The notes below the pieces were generated by a model. It worked only from the letters and a program-made list of their open reading frames with translations. It was not told where the DNA came from and did not search any database. DNA of 45,878 nt, taken from the sequence record DRR378314_130. The stretch is one strand, 5' to 3'. How positions within the stretch are numbered: the stretch's first letter is position 1; every line of letters begins with the position of its first letter. The position numbers were made by a program, and so were the translations under genes. Positions 38,597-45,878 of the stretch are shown here, in pieces.

Positions 38597-38688
38597 GCAG
38601 TTTCCAGAACCGAATGCGGATTTTTCATCCGCCCACAACAAACAACCGAGGTGAGCGGCCATTCAATCGCAGAAATTGGGGCCAGAAA

Positions 38689-40779
38689 ATGTTCGATAAA
38701 ACAACCGAAGTCATCGCGCACATGATCGGTGTATTTCACATCGCAGTCGAAGAAGAGCGCATGCGCGATGTCTACGCCAAATTCAAGGCAATCAAAGCGG
38801 CGGATCCCGAAGCAGAAGAGCTGATCAACATCGCCGTCACACTCGACGTTCCTTACACACTCACGGACTTCACGCCCGACGTGGACTACACGCCATCGAC
38901 GACGGACTATTTCTTCGACGTCGATGGCTACGGTTTTTTTCTCAGGGGGCTGCCGTATCAACAACCTTTTGCCCCGGTGCTGGAGCAGGACGATGCGCCG
39001 GAGAATTCGGCCCCCTTCCCGTTCATCCATGGCCGACCCATTCTGACGCTGGAACCGCCGGGCAGTGTTGCGACGATCACGCTTCAGGCGGCCTGGATGG
39101 ATGATAGCGACGCATTGTACCTCAACGACGTTCATGCAGTTTTTGTGGATCCGTCCGAATACGTGACCTCACTGCACACATCCTATCTGGTGGCCCATAC
39201 GCTTGGGGCGATGTCGACGGATGCGCCGCTGGATTTCAGCCAGAGCACGCTCACCGCCGCGATTACCCTGCATGAAAATATGGGGGCCACAGATGGCGCA
39301 TCTCGCATTGGCGAAACCGTGAGCGTCTTTCACGGTGCCGACGCGGACGGCAGCCATATGGACGGTGAAACGGTCGAGGACACACCAATACTGGACGACG
39401 TCATGCCGGCGTATTTCAGCAGCGAAAATCCGGACGTCGCACTGGAAGACGATGGACCTGAGGAGGATGGACCAGAAGAGACCTCATCGACCGATGCGCC
39501 CGCAGAGGGGAACGACGACCCTGATGCGCTGGAAAACACCGATCCCTTCGAAGGCCTGGGGGGATCTTCGTCAGATGACGGGCCATTCGACATTGCCGCC
39601 GGGCACAATGTGGTGACCGGCGGCAATGTCATGATCAATGACGCATCAATTTCTGTTGGCTGGCTGGATGCGCCGGTGATCTCCGTCATGGGGGATGTCG
39701 TCGAGCTGAATTCGATCAGTCAGGTGAATGTGCTGTTTGAACACGTGACCATGAACGGACATGGCGCGGCGTCCCTCTCCGCAAATTTAAATGTCGCCAT
39801 GATGTCCTATACCTCGACGGAGCCGGATGTCGAAGACGGGACATCGCCTGCCGACAGCCCGACAGAGGACCTCGGACTGCCCCAAAACTGGGCTGTGACC
39901 CGCATCGACGGCGACATTCTGACTGTGAACTGGGTCAATCAGTTCAGCTTCATGACGGACCATGATCGCGCGGATGTCCAGTTCACCGGCAGCAACACGC
40001 ATATCGTGATGGGAGACAACACCATCGCCAACGTGGCCGACCTCGCCGAGATTGGCTACGGCTACGACCTGATCATGATCGGCGGCAGCCTGATCACGAT
40101 CAATCAGATCAGCCAGACCAATGTGATGATGGATTACGACACCATCACCTCCTCGGCAGATGTCCCCTTCAACTTTTCCGGCGGCGACAACCTGCTGTTC
40201 AATGGCGCAAGTATCTCGACCACCGGCGTCAACAGCTACGGTGAGATGACATCGAATTTCGCAACCGCAAGCGATGCGTTTGCCGGTGGGGCCGCCACCA
40301 TCACCGAAGACGTCGCCCATGACAGTGTGTTCGAAGGTGATGACCTTCTGACCGTCTTGTATATCTCCGGCGACCTCACAACAATGAACTGGCTGGAGCA
40401 AACCAATGTCATGGGGGACTCCGATCAAGTTCACCTCGCATTGGACAATTTCGAGGACCAGACCGGCGCCTCCGTGGATCTTGTCACCGGATCAAACGCT
40501 GCAATCAACCTGGCCTCCGTTGACGTCTACGGTATCGATTCCGAAGTCCGGGTCGAAGGCGACGTCTACAGCGATGCCCTGCTCTATCAGGCCAATCTGA
40601 TCGACACGGACTCCGACCCGCTGGGCGTGGCCCTGCCCGCACTCGCCACCGAGGCGGTAGCCTTTCTGGCCGACGGCATGATCGGCCCGGACACAGATAT
40701 TCCCAGCGATACCGAAATCATCGCAACCCCGCCCGAAAACAGCGGAAGCCCCGACATGATGCAAACAATGTTGGCCTGA
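38689..40779 (+). CDS. Large acidic T1SS-associated protein with imperfect Asn/Gln repeats
   Basis: MFDKTTEVIAHMIG start; very Asp-rich, nearly Lys/Cys-free after the N-terminus; recurring G-[GDS]-N-x3-N-x-A and G-D-x4-N-x-[IVL]-x-Q-x-N motifs; no Walker motifs. Confidence 0.85.
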   Translation: MFDKTTEVIAHMIGVFHIAVEEERMRDVYAKFKAIKAADPEAEELINIAVTLDVPYTLTDFTPDVDYTPSTTDYFFDVDGYGFFLRGLPYQQPFAPVLEQDDAPENSAPFPFIHGRPILTLEPPGSVATITLQAAWMDDSDALYLNDVHAVFVDPSEYVTSLHTSYLVAHTLGAMSTDAPLDFSQSTLTAAITLHENMGATDGASRIGETVSVFHGADADGSHMDGETVEDTPILDDVMPAYFSSENPDVALEDDGPEEDGPEETSSTDAPAEGNDDPDALENTDPFEGLGGSSSDDGPFDIAAGHNVVTGGNVMINDASISVGWLDAPVISVMGDVVELNSISQVNVLFEHVTMNGHGAASLSANLNVAMMSYTSTEPDVEDGTSPADSPTEDLGLPQNWAVTRIDGDILTVNWVNQFSFMTDHDRADVQFTGSNTHIVMGDNTIANVADLAEIGYGYDLIMIGGSLITINQISQTNVMMDYDTITSSADVPFNFSGGDNLLFNGASISTTGVNSYGEMTSNFATASDAFAGGAATITEDVAHDSVFEGDDLLTVLYISGDLTTMNWLEQTNVMGDSDQVHLALDNFEDQTGASVDLVTGSNAAINLASVDVYGIDSEVRVEGDVYSDALLYQANLIDTDSDPLGVALPALATEAVAFLADGMIGPDTDIPSDTEIIATPPENSGSPDMMQTMLA

Positions 40780-40793
40780 TAGAATTGAGTAAA

Positions 40794-42839
40794 ATGATGT
40801 TAGATAAGACCTTTTCCGGCTCTGGCGATGCGCCCGGTGCTACACCAAAAGATACTCAAAACACATCCAGCACCCCATCTCCCGATCAGGAGACTCAGCC
40901 CCCCCTCAAGCTCACGCCCGAACTTCGGTGCGACCAAGCCGAAAAGATGGGGGCCACCCAACGCATTCCAAAGGGACTTGGGGGCGTCCAGATCGAGGCC
41001 GACACCGGCCCCACCCTCAAATCAGGCGGAGGCAAGCCACCCGCAAATACCAACACCGGCAATGGCGGGGGCGACGGTGGTGGTTCGACGCCACAGTTCC
41101 ATAAACGCGCAGGGCCCGAGCAGTTTGTTCAGCAGCTGCACAAGGGTCGCAAGGTCGTGCGCCGCAACCTCGGGTTTGTCATGGTCCTGACCTGCGCCAC
41201 AAACCTGCTGGTGCTGGCCATTCCGATTTACCTGTTTCAAATCTCGGATCGGGTTCTGACCAGCCGATCCCTCGACACGCTCATCATGCTGACAGTGGTG
41301 ATCGCAGGGGCGGTGATCCTGCAAGCCATCTTTGACGCGGTGCGACGCTTCATCCTGATGCGCACCGCGGTTGAGGTTGCGGTCCTGCTCGGTGCCCCCG
41401 TGCTCAGCGCCGCTGCACATGCCTCGCTCCACGACAATGGCCGCCAGTATCAGACGCTTGGGGATCTCCAATCGCTGCGCTCGTTTCTGGTGTCAGGCAC
41501 ATTGATCTCCTTTCTGGATGTGCCGTTTGCGCCTTTGTTCATTCTCGCGATCTTCATGGTGCATCCACATCTCGGCATGATTGTGATTGGAACCGCGATT
41601 GCGCTCATGATCATCGCGCTGATCAACCAAAAGGTCACGTCCAAGCCCTTTGCCGAGGCCAATCAGGCCCAATCGCTGGCGAATATGCATCTCGACTCCA
41701 TGTCGCGGAACAGCCAGATCATCAACGCTCTGGCAATGGTGCCCGAAGCGGTTGCCCTGTGGGGGCGCGACACGGCTGCCTCCCTGCGCGCGCAAGTCAT
41801 TGCACAGGACCGCAACATTGTCTGGGCCGCCGTGTCGCGCGGGGCGCGGTTGCTCACGCAGATTGCCATGCTGGGCTGGGGGGCGTTTCTTGCGCTGGAA
41901 GGTGAAATCACCGGTGGGATGGTGATCGCCGCATCCATCATCGCCGGTCGTGCGCTGGCTCCGATCGAAGGGTCGATCGAAGGCTGGAACGGGTTTTCGC
42001 AATCCCGCGCCGCCTATGACAGGGTGTCCAAACTGATGATGTCCTCGGTGCAGAAGTTCGAAAAGCTCCGCCTGCCCCGGCCCGAAGGACGCCTGAACGT
42101 CGAACGCCTGCTGTTCGTTCCCGCCGGCACCAAGCAGGTGATCCTGAACGGGCTGACCTTCGGCCTCAATCCCGGTGACTCTCTGGCGGTGATCGGCAAC
42201 TCCGGCGCGGGCAAGACGACGCTGGGCAAGATGCTGGTGGGATCAATCCTGCCGACATCCGGCAACGTGCGGCTTGACTTGATGGACCTGCGCAATTGGG
42301 ACGAGCGCCAGCTGGGCGAGAACATCGGCTATCTGCCGCAGGACGTGCAGCTCTTTCCCGGATCGATCAAGAACAACATCGCCCGGATGCGCGCTGGCGC
42401 CAAGGATGAGGATATCCATCGCGCCGCCCTGCTGGCTGATGTACACGACATGATCGCTTCCCTGCCCCATGGGTATGAAACCATGGTTGCGGCGGATGGC
42501 TCTCCCCTGTCCGGCGGCCAGAAACAACGGATCGCCCTGGCGCGGGCGTTCTTTGGCAATCCGCGCTTTCTGGTTCTGGACGAGCCGAACTCCAACCTCG
42601 ACACCTCCGGCGACCAGGCTCTGGCCAATGCCATCCGCCACGCAGGCGAAGCAGGCATCACGGTGGTCGTGATCACGCAGAAGCCTTCACTGCTGAGCGT
42701 GGTGGACAAGATCATGCTGCTCGCGGATGGCAATATCGTTCTGTTCGGCGAACGCCAGCAAGTGCTGCAAAAACTGTCGGAACGCACCTCGGGTGGCAAG
42801 CTTCCGTCGCAAGGCAATGGAGGGCCGCGCAATGTCTGA
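40794..42839 (+). CDS. Type I secretion system permease/ATPase (PrtD/AprD family)
   Basis: LFQISDRVLTSRS, LDVPF, GNSGAGKTTL, GYLPQDVQLF, LSGGQKQRIALARA, LDEPNSNLD; start uncertain. Confidence 0.93.
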   Translation: MMLDKTFSGSGDAPGATPKDTQNTSSTPSPDQETQPPLKLTPELRCDQAEKMGATQRIPKGLGGVQIEADTGPTLKSGGGKPPANTNTGNGGGDGGGSTPQFHKRAGPEQFVQQLHKGRKVVRRNLGFVMVLTCATNLLVLAIPIYLFQISDRVLTSRSLDTLIMLTVVIAGAVILQAIFDAVRRFILMRTAVEVAVLLGAPVLSAAAHASLHDNGRQYQTLGDLQSLRSFLVSGTLISFLDVPFAPLFILAIFMVHPHLGMIVIGTAIALMIIALINQKVTSKPFAEANQAQSLANMHLDSMSRNSQIINALAMVPEAVALWGRDTAASLRAQVIAQDRNIVWAAVSRGARLLTQIAMLGWGAFLALEGEITGGMVIAASIIAGRALAPIEGSIEGWNGFSQSRAAYDRVSKLMMSSVQKFEKLRLPRPEGRLNVERLLFVPAGTKQVILNGLTFGLNPGDSLAVIGNSGAGKTTLGKMLVGSILPTSGNVRLDLMDLRNWDERQLGENIGYLPQDVQLFPGSIKNNIARMRAGAKDEDIHRAALLADVHDMIASLPHGYETMVAADGSPLSGGQKQRIALARAFFGNPRFLVLDEPNSNLDTSGDQALANAIRHAGEAGITVVVITQKPSLLSVVDKIMLLADGNIVLFGERQQVLQKLSERTSGGKLPSQGNGGPRNV

Positions 42840-44172
42840 TATGACTGCATATGTCGCGCCGGCAGAATGGTACGAGGACGTTCCTCGCTCGGTCAAAAAA
42901 CACGTCAGCTTCGGACTTTTCCTTTTGGTCTTTGGCATTGGCGGGTTTGGTCTCTGGGCCTTCATGGCGCCTCTGGCCGCTGCGGTCATTTCGCAGGGCA
43001 GCTTCGTTGCCACCGGCAGCAACAAGATCGTGCAGCACCTCGAAGGCGGGATTATCAAGGCCATTCTCGTGGAAGAAGGCGAAAACGTCGTCGCAGGACA
43101 ACCCATTGTCCTGCTGGATGAAACCTCTGCCCTTGCGACCGAACGAGAGCTTTTCTTGCGGCAAGTCAGACTGGAAGCGATGGAGACCCGGATCCTTGCC
43201 GAATACAATCGCAAGGACACGCTGGTCTATCCGCCAAAGCTGGAACAGCTGCGCTCTGACTTCAATGTGGCAGCGATGCTTGATGGGCAGCAGATCGTCT
43301 TCAACGCCGCCACCCAGCAGTTGCGCAACGACATAAACCTGCTCAATCAAAGCATCGAAGCACTCAGGGACAGGTCCTCCGGCTACGAGAAACAACTAAT
43401 CGCCACCCGTGCGCAGCTGGAGATTCTTGAGGAGGACTCCGAAGCCAAAGAGCAATTGCTGGAAAAGGGGCTTGTGCGAAAGACCGAATACAACACCCTG
43501 CGCCGGGCGCTTGCCGAAGCCAAAGGGCAGATCGGTCGGTTGGAGGCGGAGGTCGACGAGACCGCCTCCCTGTCGCGTCGCTACGAGTCACAGATCACGC
43601 AGACCATCAACGAACGACAAAGCGCTGCGCTGGATGAGTTGCAGGCGGTGCAATCCGAGCTTGAAAGCGTCCGCGAACAGGCCCGCAAGGCTGAGAGCGT
43701 CCTCAACCGAACCGAAATCGTAGCGCCGGTCTCGGGCACCGTCATTCGTCTGCATTATCATACGGCCGGTGGCGTCGTCGAAAGCGGCAAGGCCATACTG
43801 GAAATCCTGCCCACCGGCGAGCCGCTGATCATCGAGGTCCAGATCCCGCGCACTGAAATTGATGTGGTCCGCAAAGGTCAGGCCGCGACCGTCAGGCTGA
43901 CGGCACTGAACCAACGCACCACACCCATTCTGCAGGGCGAGGTTTACTATGTCTCTGCGGATGCGATCCTGGATCGCTCGCAAGAACTGCCGCAGGAAAT
44001 CTACGTGGCACGTATCTCGGTCGCACCGAGCGAGCTGGACCGTGTGCGCGGCTTCACGCCCACACCGGGCATGCCCGCCCAGATCATGATTCAGACCCAG
44101 AACCGGACATTCATCCAATATCTGATGAAGCCTGTCGCAGACAGCATGATCCGGGCCTTCAGGGAACAGTGA
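42832..44172 (+). CDS. Type I secretion membrane fusion protein (HlyD/PrtE family)
   Basis: N-terminal TM, VQHLEGGII, coiled coil, IVAPVSGTV, PGMPAQIMI, AFREQ end; overlaps the ABC gene. Confidence 0.93.
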   Translation: MSDMTAYVAPAEWYEDVPRSVKKHVSFGLFLLVFGIGGFGLWAFMAPLAAAVISQGSFVATGSNKIVQHLEGGIIKAILVEEGENVVAGQPIVLLDETSALATERELFLRQVRLEAMETRILAEYNRKDTLVYPPKLEQLRSDFNVAAMLDGQQIVFNAATQQLRNDINLLNQSIEALRDRSSGYEKQLIATRAQLEILEEDSEAKEQLLEKGLVRKTEYNTLRRALAEAKGQIGRLEAEVDETASLSRRYESQITQTINERQSAALDELQAVQSELESVREQARKAESVLNRTEIVAPVSGTVIRLHYHTAGGVVESGKAILEILPTGEPLIIEVQIPRTEIDVVRKGQAATVRLTALNQRTTPILQGEVYYVSADAILDRSQELPQEIYVARISVAPSELDRVRGFTPTPGMPAQIMIQTQNRTFIQYLMKPVADSMIRAFREQ

Positions 44173-44294
44173 TCGGGAACACCGGTGGTCACATCAGATC
44201 ACCGGAGCTTTTAGACAGATCGCGTGCGCCCGCTGCCCGAACGGCGGGCGTCGCCCCCGGCCCCAACCGGGCCGCCAAGACGGCGGCCCGACCG

Positions 44295-45878
44295 TTATTC
44301 CGCAGCCACCGCGGCAGAGCTGGTTGGGCGATAGTTCAGGATCGGGGATAACCAGCGTTCCGCTTCGGCCAGATCCATTCCCTTGCGCACGGCATAATCC
44401 GCCACCTGATCGCGCTCGACCTTGGCCACGCCAAAGTAGTAGGCCTCGGGATGACCGAGATAGAGCCCGGACACCGATGACCCCGGCCACATTGCCATGC
44501 TTTCGGTCAGCTCAACGCCTGTGTTCGCCTCCGCATCAAGCAGATCAAAGAGCGTCCGCTTCTCCGTGTGGTCCGGTTGCGCAGGGTAACCGGGGGCGGG
44601 GCGAATACCATCATAGGGCTCACCGATCAGTTCCTGCGGCTCAAACTGCTCATCCTTTGCATAGCCCCAGTGCTCGCGCCGCACCTGCTGGTGCAGCATC
44701 TCAGCCATGGCCTCTGCAAACCGATCCGCAAGCGCCTTGACCATGATCGCACCATAGTCGTCTCCGGCTTTCTCAAAGCGCTCGGAAATCGCCAGTTCCT
44801 CCGGCCCCGCCGTGACCACAAAGCCACCAACCCAATCGGGCGTGCCTTCCGGCGCGACGAAATCCGCAAGCGCCAGATTGGGGCTGTCCTTGCGCTTGGA
44901 GGTCTGCTGGCGCAGCGTGTGCAGCGTGGCCAGCGTCTCGGTGCGCGCATCGTTCTGGAACAGACGAATGTCATCCCCGACCGCATTGGCGGGCCAGAAC
45001 CCCACAACCGCGCGCGGGCCGAACCAGTTTTCGTCGATGATCTGCTTAAGCATCGCCTGTGCGTCCTGAAACAGGTTGCGCGCCGCCTCGCCATATTTCT
45101 CGTGCTCGAGAATACGCGGGTAGACGCCCTTCAACTCCCAAGTCTGAAAGAACGGCGTCCAGTCAATGTAGCGGGCGATCTCCGCAAGATCCCAGCCCTC
45201 GATCACGCGCGCGCCGGTAAAGGACGGCGCGGTTGCTGAATAGTCGGACCAGTCGATCTTCATCGCATTGGCGCGCGCCGCCTCCAACGGCAGGCGCTGC
45301 TTGGCCCGCTCCGCGCGTTCGTGGCGCTCTGTCACTTCGGAATATTCTGTGCGGATGCCGTCGATATAGGGCTGCTTCTGCGTCTTGCTGAGCAGCGCAG
45401 ACACCACCCCAACCGCGCGACTGGCGTCGGTGACATAGATCGCCTGGCTCTTGGTATAGTTCGGCGCGATCTTGACGGCGGTATGCACCTTGGAGGTTGT
45501 GGCCCCGCCGATCAGCAGGGGCACGTCGAACTCCTCCCGCTCCATTTCCGCAGCCAGATGTACCATCTCGTCCAGCGACGGGGTGATCAGACCGGACAGG
45601 CCGATGATATCCACATTATGGGCCTTAGCCTCTTCGAGGATCTTTTGCGGCGGCACCATCACCCCAAGGTCGATGATCTCGTAATTGTTGCAGGCCAGAA
45701 CAACACCGACGATATTCTTGCCGATGTCATGCACGTCCCCCTTCACCGTGGCCATCAGCACGCGCCCGGCGCTTTCGCGCTGCCCCTCGTCCTGCGCTTC
45801 CATGTAGGGCAGCAACACTGCAACCGCCTGCTTCATCACGCGGGCCGATTTCACCACCTGCGGCAGGAACATCTTGCC
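44295..45878 (-). CDS. metH: Cobalamin-dependent methionine synthase, C-terminal part (5' end outside window)
   Basis: [30 protein letters not shown]12-binding motif, [13 protein letters not shown] activation domain. Confidence 0.96.
   Translation of the reverse strand, partial: GKMFLPQVVKSARVMKQAVAVLLPYMEAQDEGQRESAGRVLMATVKGDVHDIGKNIVGVVLACNNYEIIDLGVMVPPQKILEEAKAHNVDIIGLSGLITPSLDEMVHLAAEMEREEFDVPLLIGGATTSKVHTAVKIAPNYTKSQAIYVTDASRAVGVVSALLSKTQKQPYIDGIRTEYSEVTERHERAERAKQRLPLEAARANAMKIDWSDYSATAPSFTGARVIEGWDLAEIARYIDWTPFFQTWELKGVYPRILEHEKYGEAARNLFQDAQAMLKQIIDENWFGPRAVVGFWPANAVGDDIRLFQNDARTETLATLHTLRQQTSKRKDSPNLALADFVAPEGTPDWVGGFVVTAGPEELAISERFEKAGDDYGAIMVKALADRFAEAMAEMLHQQVRREHWGYAKDEQFEPQELIGEPYDGIRPAPGYPAQPDHTEKRTLFDLLDAEANTGVELTESMAMWPGSSVSGLYLGHPEAYYFGVAKVERDQVADYAVRKGMDLAEAERWLSPILNYRPTSSAAVAAE

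Noticed and set aside
38689-40779. ATPase function for the acidic T1SS-linked protein
   Set aside because: No Walker A/B or ABC signature; the ATPase is the next gene
246-45878. Intact mobile element (attR, transposase, phage or defence genes)
   Set aside because: No second copy of the tRNA 3' end noticed by eye, and no intact integrase, transposase, cas, RT or restriction genes recognised

Overview
A roughly 60% GC alphaproteobacterial chromosomal segment, Rhodobacteraceae/Roseobacter-like. It runs from the 3' end of a tRNA, with an adjacent tyrosine-integrase remnant, to a 5'-truncated metH. It carries four blocks. (1) 475-16089: a complete erythritol-type catabolic locus (eryA-B-C, eryD, DeoR regulator, TpiA2/RpiB isomerases, class 1 fbp, DUF2291 protein and a sugar ABC transporter). 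An FMN riboswitch-ribH2-Fe-ADH cassette sits between eryC and eryD. (2) 16424-17814: two tandem Rnk/GreA-like genes and a DUF6522-like gene. (3) 17932-28425: a ROK-controlled sugar ABC/SIS/PfkB operon and a GntR/racemase/NCS1 module. (4) 28739-44172: the most interesting part, a divergent candidate biofilm-matrix locus. Its left arm holds a LuxR-HTH regulator, a conserved partner gene, UDP-xylose synthase, an epimerase, a cellulose-synthase-like GT2, a GH26 and a tiny secreted Cys protein. Across a ~1.2 kb AT-rich region with a perfect CtrA box, the right arm holds a Gln/Asn/Gly-rich low-complexity protein, an acidic repeat protein and a type I secretion ABC/HlyD pair. The LuxR gene is frameshifted by a perfect 23-bp tandem duplication; removing one copy restores a single ORF. 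All calls come from motif recognition by eye; no database searches were run.
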